64,000 bases of DNA from Rhodospirillaceae bacterium. Its GTDB lineage: Bacteria; Pseudomonadota; Alphaproteobacteria; Bin65. The notes below the pieces were generated by a model, which was given only the letters and a program-made list of their open reading frames with translations, did not search any database and was not told the DNA's origin. Positions 9,691 through 18,763 of the stretch are shown piece by piece. Location: the NCBI GenBank assembly GCA_011523655.1, contig WTGH01000015.1, forward strand, positions 4,661-68,660, written 5' to 3'. The translations under genes and the position numbers were made by a program. Each line of letters opens with the position of its first letter. Within the stretch, counting starts at the first letter, position 1.

Positions 9691-10552
9691 CTAAGCGCTG
9701 ACTTGTTTATGGGTTGAAGTGGGTGGCGCGTTGCGGTCTGCGGCGTCGCGGCGGTTCCGACAGCGCTTTGGCGATGTCGTTCCATTCGTCGATCGTGCGG
9801 GCGAGTCCGAAGGCCGGTTCGATGGCCCGGCGGATCTGGTTGAGGACGAAGCGGAACTCGCGCCAGGGGCTATGGGGACGGCGGCGGCGCCAGGTCGTAT
9901 CCCCAGGGGGAAACGGCGCGGGCGTGACGGACCAGCTTGTCGACCAGCAGCGCCACCAGAAGCTTGCCGTAGAGCCAGGCGCGGGCGCTCTCGTCGTCGC
10001 GCTTGGGCAGGTGGCCCAGCTGCGCCAGGGACTTGAGGCGTTTGAAGACCAGTTCGATCTGCCAGCGCAGGCGATACCATTCCAGAACCTCGCGGGCGCT
10101 GAAGCTGTCTTCGCAAAAGGTGGTGAAGACGATGACATGGTCTGCAAAGGCAAGGGTCGCGGGCTTGACTTCGCTGCCCTGGCGCCGGGCCTCGCGGTGC
10201 GCCGTCCGGGGTCCGCAGCGACAACGCTCCGGTGTTCACCCGCACCGCGATGCGCCCGCCCGCCGCCGACACATGGCGCAGCCCCGCCGCCGTCGCGTAG
10301 CCCCGGTCGGCCAGGATGTGGTCGTCCGCGCGCACCGGAAAGCGCGCCAGAACTTCCGCGCTGCCCGCAACCCAGATGCAACAGAAGAACCCGAAGCACC
10401 GATTCCGCCGACTTGTCCTTGCGCAGACCCTTCAGCGCCCCCGTCGAACGGCCGAACTCCTCCCAGCCCGCCGGAAGAAAAGACCGAAGAACCGTCCAGT
10501 CCTCGTCCATCGAATGCCTCCGGAACCTGATACCCGGAAACCACAACATCAC
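9691..10552 (-). mobile_element. degenerate IS4-family (DDE) transposase remnant, frameshifted and internally shortened
   Basis: The N-terminus MDEDWTVLRSFLPAGWEE...LLLHLGCG and the C-terminus (EFRFVLNQIRRAIEPAFGL) lie in one frame. The DDE-type ADRGY segment lies in another frame (ORF 9691-10335). Total coding length is far below a normal IS4 transposase. The element ends were not identified. Confidence 0.65.
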
Positions 10553-10788
10553 GCCCCTTCAGGCGTGCAAATCGCATCGGCTTCGGGGTACACTCTGCGG
10601 GCATCGGGGCGCTCCTCTGCAACCGGACAAGTCTTTGTCGCAAAAGAACTTTCTCACATGCAGAGCCCCGATGCACTATCTCTGGTGGGAAATCCGGGCT
10701 AAGTTCTTGAATTTCAACAAATCTGGGAAAAGGGGATTATTGTGGATTCTGATAAATCATTGTTTTTAATGATATTTTTAAGTGAAGC

Positions 10789-10833
10789 TGCCTGCGTGCG
10801 CAGGATTTGATCCCGCGACCTTCAGGTTATGCG
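10789..10833 (-). pseudogene. 3'-half relic of a tRNA with CAU (Met-type) anticodon loop
   Basis: The minus strand reads GCATAACCTGAAGGTCGCGGGATCAAATCCTGCGCACGCAGGCA. This gives an anticodon-loop remnant CATAA, variable loop AGGTC, and T-arm GCGGG/ATCAAAT/CCTGC. About 32 of 39 positions match the E. coli tRNA-fMet 3' half as I remember it. There is no 5' half, and the tctA stop codon follows 2 nt away. Confidence 0.55.
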
Positions 10834-10834
10834 C

Positions 10835-12319
10835 TCAGCGAGCGACACCGCGGCGCGCGGTCCGGATAAGATGCGCTGCGATGGTGGCGAACCCGAGAAG
10901 CAGAAACACCGCGGCGGTGGGATATTCGAAGAAGCCGAGTAACCGGTAGTCCATCAGTACCATCGACTGGTAGAAGGCTTCCTCGCCGATCTGCCCGAGT
11001 ATGACCCCCATCACGATGGCGGGGAGCGAATAGCCGTAACGCCTCAGGACGTAGCCCAGGATACCCGCGACGAAGATCGTCCAGACGTCGAGGATGCTGT
11101 TGCGCAACGAGAAGGCGCCGATGACCGAAAAGAAGATGATCGCCGGGCCGAGAATCGAGAAAGGAATGCGCAGCAGGTTGACGATCAAGCGGGTCTCGAT
11201 CAGGCCCAGCGCGAGGATCGCGATGCTGGCCCAGAACATGCCGGAGAACAGAACCCAGACCAGCGGCTTGTGCTGAATCATGACCAGCGGGCCGGGCGTC
11301 AGGTCGTGCAGCGTGAGCACGCCGATCATGATCGCCGTGAAACCGCCGCCGGGCAGACCGAGCGCCAGCAGCGGCACCATCGCCCCGCCGGTCGCCGAGT
11401 TGTTCGCCGTTTCCGCGGCGACGATGCCCTCGGGTTCGCCGGTGCCGAAGCGTTCCGGGTGCTTCGACCAGCGCACCGCCTCGCTGTAGGACAGGAACGA
11501 TGCCAGCGCCGCGCCGACACCGGGCAGCACGCCGCAGGCGAAACCGATGACCGACGAGCGCAGAATGGCGATTTTCAGGCGCCAGAACTCGGCGAAACGC
11601 GGGAAGTCGACCGAGACCTTGGGCGCCTTGTAGGTGCCTCTTACCAGCCGTTCGCCTTGGACGAACACTTCGGACACCGCAAAGAAGCCGACGATCAGCA
11701 CCGTAAAGTTGATCCCGGTCATCACATAATAGTCGCCGAAAGCGAAACGGCCGAGGCCGCCCACCGGATCGGTCCCGATGGTTCCGATCCACAGGCCGAA
11801 GAACAGCGAGAGCCAGCGCTTCCAGAAGGAACCCCGGCCGATGCCCGCAACGACGGCAAGCGCGAAGAAGACAATGGCGAATTTTTCGATCGGGCTGATG
11901 GCCGAGATCGCCCAGCGGGCGATCGGCGCCGTGCCGATCATCATGACGATGCAGGAGAGCGTGCCGCCGACCGCCGAGGCTGTAATGGCCAGTCCGACCG
12001 CCCGTCCGGCCTGCCCCTTCTTGACCATCGGATGACCGTCGAAGGTGGTCGGCGTGTTTTCCACCGATCCCGGAATATTGAACAGGATTGCCGTCGTCGC
12101 CCCGCCATAGACCCCGGAAACGTAGATGACGCCGTAGAACAGGATCGCATGTTCCGATGGCAGGAAAACGGAAAACGGCAGGAAAATTGCCGCCAGCGTC
12201 ATGGAACTCAGACCCGGCACCGAGCCGAAGACGAGCCCGGCGATCAGCGCGGCAGCAAAGAGAAGCAGCGCGTTCGGATCGCTGACGAGTTGATAGGTTC
12301 CGAGAAGAAAGTTCTCCAC
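10835..12319 (-). CDS. tctA: tripartite tricarboxylate transporter large permease TctA
   Basis: 494 aa, about 12 TM segments, TctA-family sequence. GTG start just after the tctB stop. Confidence 0.9.
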   Translation of the reverse strand: MENFLLGTYQLVSDPNALLLFAAALIAGLVFGSVPGLSSMTLAAIFLPFSVFLPSEHAILFYGVIYVSGVYGGATTAILFNIPGSVENTPTTFDGHPMVKKGQAGRAVGLAITASAVGGTLSCIVMMIGTAPIARWAISAISPIEKFAIVFFALAVVAGIGRGSFWKRWLSLFFGLWIGTIGTDPVGGLGRFAFGDYYVMTGINFTVLIVGFFAVSEVFVQGERLVRGTYKAPKVSVDFPRFAEFWRLKIAILRSSVIGFACGVLPGVGAALASFLSYSEAVRWSKHPERFGTGEPEGIVAAETANNSATGGAMVPLLALGLPGGGFTAIMIGVLTLHDLTPGPLVMIQHKPLVWVLFSGMFWASIAILALGLIETRLIVNLLRIPFSILGPAIIFFSVIGAFSLRNSILDVWTIFVAGILGYVLRRYGYSLPAIVMGVILGQIGEEAFYQSMVLMDYRLLGFFEYPTAAVFLLLGFATIAAHLIRTARRGVAR

Positions 12320-12334
12320 CGCCCGCCGTTCCGT

Positions 12335-12892
12335 CTATTGGATGAGATCCACGAACCGGCCGGTGAAGCTGTGGAATATTCCGAGGCCGGGCGGGAAATG
12401 GGTATAGAGCAGGCGCACGAAGACCAGCAGGACAAGCGCGTAGATGGCGAGATTGACGGCGATCAGGACCCGCCACTTGCGATAGCCGAACAGGTACATG
12501 TAGGCGAGCAGGAAGACCGGCGAGACGAAGAGGAAGCCGAACCGGTGCATGGCGGCGACATAGACGAGCGGCAGGCCGAAGCTGAGCAGCCGCTTCGGCT
12601 CCAGCGCCTGCCGCCAGAACTCGGCGGTTGAGGCGGCCGGCGGCGACGCCTTGCTTTCAGCGTCGAACGAACTGTCGAGATCGGCGCTCCGGTCCGCTTC
12701 CGCGCCGGGATTCAGCAGGCCGGAAACCAGCAGGCCGACCGCGCCGAGCCCGATCATCAGGATGATCGCCCGGGGCCAGGTCGTCGCGCCGAAGTCGTAG
12801 CCGCGCAACGGCTGGTCGAATTCGTAGGTCAGAAAAAAAGCGAGCGCCGCGAAGGCAAGCCAGATCAGGCCTTCGGCGGCGCGCGCTCCCAT
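12335..12892 (-). CDS. tctB: tripartite tricarboxylate transporter small subunit TctB family
   Basis: 185-aa, 4-TM protein located between tctC and tctA. Confidence 0.7.
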   Translation of the reverse strand: MGARAAEGLIWLAFAALAFFLTYEFDQPLRGYDFGATTWPRAIILMIGLGAVGLLVSGLLNPGAEADRSADLDSSFDAESKASPPAASTAEFWRQALEPKRLLSFGLPLVYVAAMHRFGFLFVSPVFLLAYMYLFGYRKWRVLIAVNLAIYALVLLVFVRLLYTHFPPGLGIFHSFTGRFVDLIQ

Positions 12893-12965
12893 GGTTTACC
12901 GTTCGCTCGGTGAGCCGGGCAGGCGTCCGGCCCACTCCGAACACGAACGGCGGGCCGACAAGCGG

Positions 12966-14009
12966 CTACCGGCTCGGCAAACCGAGTTCGCGATAGGCTT
13001 CCGAATAGGTCTTGATTTCGTCGGCCGCGATTTTCGTTGTCTCGGCGCTGCTCCGGTAGGAATTCAGCAGGTGCATGCCCTTCTTCTTCAGCCAGGCCTG
13101 ATGGCTCTCGGTCGCCCAGGCCTTTTTCATCGCCGCTTCAAGGAAATCGGCGATCGGCTTGGGCGTGTCCTTGCGGATGAACAATGCCCGCCACTTCACG
13201 GTCGGGACCCATTTCATGCCGTAGTCCTGCCCGGTCGCCTTGGTGTCCGGGTAGACCTTGAACCGCTTCGGCCAGATCGAGAGCACTGGCGCCAGGTCGC
13301 CGCTCTGGACCAGGGAGCGGACGTCGCTGATCTGCTCGAACAGCACGTCGATGCGTCCGCCGATCACCGAACCGTAGCGTTCGGCCGGCTTGTCGAAGGC
13401 GACGATCTTGGTCTTGATGCCGAAGAATTTCTCCAGCTTGCCCATGGTCACGCCTTCGAGATTCTCCGACGTGCCGTAGTTCGCCACCGTCAACTTGCCC
13501 GGATTGGCCTTGGCGTACTTCAGCACCTTGTCGAAATCCGGCTTGCCGTCGGTCAGGAAGCGCTTGTCCTTCGGGTTGATGAAGACCTGGCTGGCCACGA
13601 CGTTGGCGATCAGCAGCGGCTTGATGTCGGTCGCCGGGTTCAGGTTGCTCTTCTTCGACGCATAGAGCGTCACCAGATTGTCGGTATGCTGCAGGATCGT
13701 GTAACCATCCGCCGGCGCGCCGAGGAAATCGGGCAGGCAGCCGAGGCCGCCGGCGCCCTTCTTGTTGGTCACCACGACCGGAACGCCGAGCACCTTCTTG
13801 GCCGCTGCGCCCATGGCGCGGGCCATCTGGTCGCTGCCGCCGCCCGCCCCGAAGCAGACGATGATCGTAATCTGCCGTTTCGGGAAACCACCCGGGCCGT
13901 CGCCCGCGCTGACCGCAGCGGGCATGGCGGAAAGGCCCAGAATCGCGCCGGCGGCAAGCACCGCGGCTGCACCTTTGCGCACACCCTTCAGGCATCCGTT
14001 CGAAATCAT
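12966..14009 (-). CDS. tctC: tripartite tricarboxylate transporter substrate-binding protein (Bug/TctC family)
   Basis: The internal ATG at 14009 gives a 347-aa protein with a signal peptide (MISNGCLKGVRKGAAAVLAAGAILGLSAMPAAVSA), preceded by GGAGGGAG. The longer track ORF (to 14285) is an unlikely extension. Confidence 0.85.
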   Translation of the reverse strand: MISNGCLKGVRKGAAAVLAAGAILGLSAMPAAVSAGDGPGGFPKRQITIIVCFGAGGGSDQMARAMGAAAKKVLGVPVVVTNKKGAGGLGCLPDFLGAPADGYTILQHTDNLVTLYASKKSNLNPATDIKPLLIANVVASQVFINPKDKRFLTDGKPDFDKVLKYAKANPGKLTVANYGTSENLEGVTMGKLEKFFGIKTKIVAFDKPAERYGSVIGGRIDVLFEQISDVRSLVQSGDLAPVLSIWPKRFKVYPDTKATGQDYGMKWVPTVKWRALFIRKDTPKPIADFLEAAMKKAWATESHQAWLKKKGMHLLNSYRSSAETTKIAADEIKTYSEAYRELGLPSR

Positions 14010-14024
14010 GACGACGCTCCCTCC

Positions 14025-14043
14025 CACTCGGCAAAGCCGAGTG
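14025..14043 (-). promoter_or_regulatory. perfect 8-bp stem hairpin in the tctC 5' leader
   Basis: CACTCGGC-AAA-GCCGAGTG lies immediately upstream of the tctC RBS. Function unknown. Confidence 0.2.
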
Positions 14044-14153
14044 CCCTGGCAATGCTCGGCCGTATCGAACGAAAGCCTGCCAGCGGCGGCGTCGCCGCGC
14101 CAGGCGGCAGGTTCAGCTTGGAAAAATCGAGTATGGGCAGGCGCCCGGTTCCC

Positions 14154-14175
14154 TGTCAACACGGGATTGTGTACA
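14154..14175. promoter_or_regulatory. two adjacent TGT-N2-ACA motifs, candidate GntR-family operators
   Basis: TGTCAACA (14154-14161) and TGTGTACA (14168-14175) lie in the divergent tctC/gntR intergenic region. Confidence 0.25.
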
Positions 14176-14272
14176 AAATTCAATTTGCGGATGCTGCCCC
14201 GGTCCACGGCGGCGGGGTTGCCGCCGGCGGCGAAAGGCAGGCAGTATTCGCAGCAGCAACGGACGATGACCG

Positions 14273-14980
14273 ATGGCAGCACCACGCAAACAGAGCCCAG
14301 GTCTCGAAAAAGACTTCGTCGACGATCTGAACCTGCCGGTCTCGGCGCGAATCGCCAATCTTCTGGAGCGCGCCATCCTCGAAGGCCGCTATCCGCCAGG
14401 ACAGCGGCTGCGCGAAGTCGAGCTTGCGGAGCGGCTCGGTGTCAGCCGGACCCCGCTGCGCGAGGCGTTCTACACCCTCGAAACGCGCGGCCTGTTGCAA
14501 ATTCAGCCGCGCCGGGGCGCCTTCGTGAAATCCGTTACCGTCGACGAGATGGAGGAACTGTTAACGGTTCGCGTCGCGCTCGATGGGCTGGCGGCGGGGC
14601 TGGCGGCGGAAAAGGCCGATGCGGCTGACATCGAGGAGTTGAAGAGGGTTCACGAGGCCCAGCGCGCCGCTTTCCGGCAAGGCGACGATTCCGCTTTTCA
14701 TGCGTTGGGCCAGGAATTTCACAACCTGATCTACGCCACCGCCGGCAATCCCAAGCTGAACTCGATTTACCGCTCGCTCCGCGTCGACCTGGCACTCTAT
14801 CCGGTTGCGGACATCCTGTTGCCCGGCGAAACGGAAAAGTCGCTCGAAGACCATGGCGAGCTGCTGGCCGCCATCGATGCCCGCGATTCCAGCAAGGCGC
14901 ACGACATTGCTGAAAGACATATCGGGCGGATCAAGGCTCATCTGAAGGCCAACCTCCCGGCCGAGGCGAAACCGGGCTGA
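14273..14980 (+). CDS. GntR family transcriptional regulator with FCD (FadR-like) C-terminal domain
   Basis: 235 aa. N-terminal wHTH (LREVELAERLGVSRTPLREAF) and a helical FCD-like C-terminus. Confidence 0.85.
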   Translation: MAAPRKQSPGLEKDFVDDLNLPVSARIANLLERAILEGRYPPGQRLREVELAERLGVSRTPLREAFYTLETRGLLQIQPRRGAFVKSVTVDEMEELLTVRVALDGLAAGLAAEKADAADIEELKRVHEAQRAAFRQGDDSAFHALGQEFHNLIYATAGNPKLNSIYRSLRVDLALYPVADILLPGETEKSLEDHGELLAAIDARDSSKAHDIAERHIGRIKAHLKANLPAEAKPG

Positions 14981-15014
14981 CCTCGCCCGAATGATTTTTG
15001 CCGATGCAGCCGGC

Positions 15015-16661
15015 TCAAGAACTCACATAGCCTTCCCGGAGGTCGCAGTCCGCTGCCGCGGCGTCACGGCGACCGGCCGCGCCGAACCCGCCGCCGCCGG
15101 CGGACTCCACTACCAGAACCGATTGCGGCGGGAAATCGATCAAGGCCTTGTCGGGGATGGTCTTGCCGTCGAGTGTGATGACCGCCGGCCGGCCTTCCGA
15201 TCCGCCGAACAGTCCGCGCGCGCCGCGATGGGTCATTTCCGCAAGGACCGACAACTGGATCGGCTCACCGGACGCATTGCGCACCGCCATGCGCTGGCCG
15301 CAGCCGCCGCGCCACTGCCCGGTACCGCCGGAATCCGGCACCAGCTCCTTGCATTCGATCCGCAATGTCGTCAGCGCCTCGATGATTTCAATCGGCGTAC
15401 AGGTCGTATTGGCGGGGAAACACAGGGCGTTGGGACCGTCGGCGACCGAGCGCGCGCCAAGCCCGCTCACCATGAAGATATGCTCGACGAAGCGCTCGCC
15501 TTCGCGGGTCTTGCCGCTGAACACCAGTTGCGGCCGGGTCACGCCGCTTTCCGCCATGATGCGGTCGGGGATGCACTCGGCCAGCGCCAGGAAAACCGCC
15601 GCGCTGAGAAACTGCCCGGTCAGGTGGCGCGCCGAAACCGGCGCCGGAAATACCGGATTGAGCACGCATCCTTCGGGTGCGCTCACGGCGAGCGGCGTCA
15701 GGGCGCCGTGGTTGTTCGGAATCTCCGGTGCAAGGATGCATTTGAGCGGATAAACCGTATGGGCGTAGGTGTAGCAGAGCGGCACGTTGATGCCGAAGCG
15801 CTGGGCGCCGGTCGTGCCGCTGTAGTCCACGCCTATGGCGTCGTCGGCGACCGTCACGGTACAGGCGATCCGAAGCGGTTCTTCGAGGCCGCTGGTCGTC
15901 AGTTCGCTGCGGTAGACGCCGTTCGGGGTTTCCCGGATCGCTGCGCGCATGGCGGCTTCCGACCGGCGAACGATCTCGTCGGCACAGGCCAGATAGCGGG
16001 CCGGCGTCATGGATTGCGCAAGGTCTCGGACCTGGCGTCCGGCCTTTTCCACACAGGCCGCCATGCCCTCGAGATCGCCGATTACCTTTTCGGGCACCCG
16101 CACGTTGGACACGATGAAATCGTGCACCAGCGGATCGCGCACGCCGGCTCGGGCATAGTGGCAAATGGGAATGCGCAGACCTTCCTCGAACACCTCGCGG
16201 CTCAGCGCCGAATAGAGGCCGCCGCCGATGTCCGGTCCGTGGGCTGCGATCAGCGCAAACCCGAACAGGTCGCTGCCCAGGAAGACCGGCGACGCCATGG
16301 TGATGTCCTGCAGATGGCCGGCGCCGATCCAGGGATCGTTGGTGATGACGCAGTCCCCTGCGCGCCACTCCGCGGCGGGATGCGCCTTGAGAAAGGCCTG
16401 CATGGAGCGCGGCAGCGTTCCGATAAAGGATGCATTCGCCGAAGTGCATTCGGCGATGGCGCGGCCCCTTGGATCGAACAGCACGACGGTCAGGTCGCGG
16501 CTTTCCCGGATGGTCGTCGAATAGGCCGTCCGGATCATGGTCGTCATCGCCTCGTCCATGAAGGAGATGAGCCGGCGCCAGACGATCTCGATGTCGCCCG
16601 GACGGAGATCTGCGTCCCCCGCGCTCGCGGGTACCGCCGTTCGTGCCGGCGCATCCATCAT
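15015..16661 (-). CDS. hydantoinase B/oxoprolinase family protein (HyuB-type beta subunit), set 1
   Basis: 548 aa with a HyuB-like sequence including SAGGGGFG. Its start overlaps the hyuA stop by 1 nt. Confidence 0.9.
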   Translation of the reverse strand: MMDAPARTAVPASAGDADLRPGDIEIVWRRLISFMDEAMTTMIRTAYSTTIRESRDLTVVLFDPRGRAIAECTSANASFIGTLPRSMQAFLKAHPAAEWRAGDCVITNDPWIGAGHLQDITMASPVFLGSDLFGFALIAAHGPDIGGGLYSALSREVFEEGLRIPICHYARAGVRDPLVHDFIVSNVRVPEKVIGDLEGMAACVEKAGRQVRDLAQSMTPARYLACADEIVRRSEAAMRAAIRETPNGVYRSELTTSGLEEPLRIACTVTVADDAIGVDYSGTTGAQRFGINVPLCYTYAHTVYPLKCILAPEIPNNHGALTPLAVSAPEGCVLNPVFPAPVSARHLTGQFLSAAVFLALAECIPDRIMAESGVTRPQLVFSGKTREGERFVEHIFMVSGLGARSVADGPNALCFPANTTCTPIEIIEALTTLRIECKELVPDSGGTGQWRGGCGQRMAVRNASGEPIQLSVLAEMTHRGARGLFGGSEGRPAVITLDGKTIPDKALIDFPPQSVLVVESAGGGGFGAAGRRDAAAADCDLREGYVSS

Positions 16662-18763
16662 CAGGCGCTTCCAATCCGGATTCTGAGATTTCCGATGCCG
16701 TCCGCCCGGAATTCGGCGCCCGGCGGCACCACGGTCGTCGTTTCGCGTTCTTCGACCAGGGCCGGTCCTTCGAGCCTAATTTCGGGTTCGAGCCTGCTTC
16801 TTTGCAGGACCGGGACGTCCATCGGGCAGCCGGCGAATCGCGCACGGCGCACCGCGCCTGCCGAACCTGCGGAAGGCGAAGACTCGGCCGTGTGGACGGC
16901 GGGATCGGGGCGCGGACCCGTCGCTTCCAGGCGCCAGCTCACCACCTCGGGGCGACCGCCGGGATTGGTGCGGCCATAAAGCGTCCGGTAGGCTTCGCTG
17001 AAGGCCCCGTTCAGGGCGGCATGCCGCCCGTCCGCCGGAAGCGGCCAGGGGACCGGGACATCGATTTCGTGTCCCTGGCCCCGGTAGCGCATGTCGCAGG
17101 ACAGGCTGAATGCCAGATCGTGCGCACCGCCGGTCCCGAGATCCGTGAGCAATTCGGCCCGCATGTCCTCGACCAGATCGCAGACTTCCTCCCACTGCAC
17201 ATCGTCAAGCGCTTCGAGACGCGACCGCGACGCGCGGGCGATCGCCGGCGCCTCGAGCAGGCCCACAGCGGCGCCGACTCCGGCGCGCGGCATGATCAGG
17301 ACGTCCTTGACGCCGAGATGCCCGGCAAGCGCGGCAGCATGCATCGGTCCGGCGCCACCGCATACGACGATGGCAAATTCGCGCGGATCCAGTCCGCGTT
17401 CGAGAATGTGGATACGCGCCGCATTCGCCATGGTCTCGACGACGACGCGAAAGATCGCCTCCGCCGCCGTGTCGACATCGACCGATTGGGGACGCGCGAT
17501 GGCCACCGATATCGCCTCGGCCGCGGCTTGGGCGTTCAGGGGATACTCGCCGCCGACGAGCCCGTCCGGATTCAGGTATCCGAGCACGAGGCAGGCGTCG
17601 GAAACGGTCGGCGCACGCCCGCCGCGGCCATAGCAGGCAGGGCCGGGATCGCTGCCGGCGCTGTCCGGTCCGACCTCGACCAGCCCGAGACGGTCGATCC
17701 GCGCAATGCTGCCACCGCCCGCGCCGATCTCGATCAGGTCGATGGCGGCGGCCTGGATCGGGATGCCGCTGCCCTTCTTGAGCCGCGCATTGCGCGCCAC
17801 TTCATAGCTGCGGGTCAGGATCGGCTTGCCGTCAAGGATAATCGCGGCCTTGGCCGTGGTGCCGCCCATGTCGAAAGCCAGCACCTTCGGCCAGCCGACC
17901 CGGCGGGCGATGCCGGCCGCGGCGAGGACTCCGGCCGCCGCGCCGCACTCCAGCAGTTCGACCGGGCGGCGGACCGCCGCCTCTACACGCAAACGCCCGC
18001 CGTGCGACGAGATGAGATGCCATGGCGCGCCGATGCCGCCCTGCTTCAAAAGGCCGTCCAGCCGCCGGATATAGCCTGCAACCCGCGGGCTCAGATAGGT
18101 ATTGGCGACGGTTGTCGAGGCTCTTTCGTATTCGCGGATTTCCGGGCAGGTCTCGTGCGACAGCACAATCGGCCCGGTGAAGCCCGCCTCGCGCAAGATC
18201 TCGCGGACGCGCGTTTCATGAACGCCGTTCCGGTAACCGTGCAGCAGGCAGACCGCGACGGCCTCGACGCCCGCATCCGCAAGTTCGCCGGCAAGCTTCG
18301 GGACCCGTCCGATATCGAGCGGCGTTTCGATGGAGCCGTCGGCGTTGAGCCGCTCTTCGACCTCGAACCTCAGACGGCGCGGCACCAGCGACACCACCGG
18401 CCGGACCGTCAGGTCGTAGAGGTCGTAGCGCGCCTCCCGCCCGAATTCGAGGATGTCGCGGAAGCCTTCGGTCGTGATCAGCGCGATGCAAGGCCCGCTT
18501 CGCTCGATCAACGTGTTCGACGTCTGCGTGGTCGCGTGTATCAGCGAGGCGATCGCGCCAGGTTCGATTTTCTCCCGGTCGAGGAGTGTCCGGATTCCGG
18601 CGGCGGCGCCGAGGGCGATATCCGCAGGATTCGTCGGCACCTTCGCTGTACCCTTTACGCGGCCTCCGGAATCGAGCAGCACAAAGTCGGTGAACGTGCC
18701 GCCGACATCGAAACCCAGGCGATAGCCGCCCCGGCCCGGAGTCTCTGCCGCTGCGGCTGTCAT
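16661..18763 (-). CDS. hydantoinase A/oxoprolinase family protein (HyuA-type alpha subunit), set 1
   Basis: The ATG at 18763 gives 700 aa starting MTAAAAETPGRGGYRLGFDVGGTFTDF (ASKHA-type phosphate loop). ATGA overlap with the aminotransferase stop. The track ORF extends artificially to 19468. Confidence 0.9.
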   Translation of the reverse strand: MTAAAAETPGRGGYRLGFDVGGTFTDFVLLDSGGRVKGTAKVPTNPADIALGAAAGIRTLLDREKIEPGAIASLIHATTQTSNTLIERSGPCIALITTEGFRDILEFGREARYDLYDLTVRPVVSLVPRRLRFEVEERLNADGSIETPLDIGRVPKLAGELADAGVEAVAVCLLHGYRNGVHETRVREILREAGFTGPIVLSHETCPEIREYERASTTVANTYLSPRVAGYIRRLDGLLKQGGIGAPWHLISSHGGRLRVEAAVRRPVELLECGAAAGVLAAAGIARRVGWPKVLAFDMGGTTAKAAIILDGKPILTRSYEVARNARLKKGSGIPIQAAAIDLIEIGAGGGSIARIDRLGLVEVGPDSAGSDPGPACYGRGGRAPTVSDACLVLGYLNPDGLVGGEYPLNAQAAAEAISVAIARPQSVDVDTAAEAIFRVVVETMANAARIHILERGLDPREFAIVVCGGAGPMHAAALAGHLGVKDVLIMPRAGVGAAVGLLEAPAIARASRSRLEALDDVQWEEVCDLVEDMRAELLTDLGTGGAHDLAFSLSCDMRYRGQGHEIDVPVPWPLPADGRHAALNGAFSEAYRTLYGRTNPGGRPEVVSWRLEATGPRPDPAVHTAESSPSAGSAGAVRRARFAGCPMDVPVLQRSRLEPEIRLEGPALVEERETTTVVPPGAEFRADGIGNLRIRIGSA

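Noticed and set aside
10827-14330. ORFs 10827-12476 (-, 549 aa), 11270-12631 (+, 453 aa), 12891-14330 (+, 479 aa) and 13138-14052 (-, 304 aa) overlapping tctCBA
   Set aside because: They are out-of-frame or antisense to the membrane proteins TctA/TctB and the periplasmic TctC, which show proper hydrophobicity and signal peptides. The rejected frames are Arg/Pro-rich.
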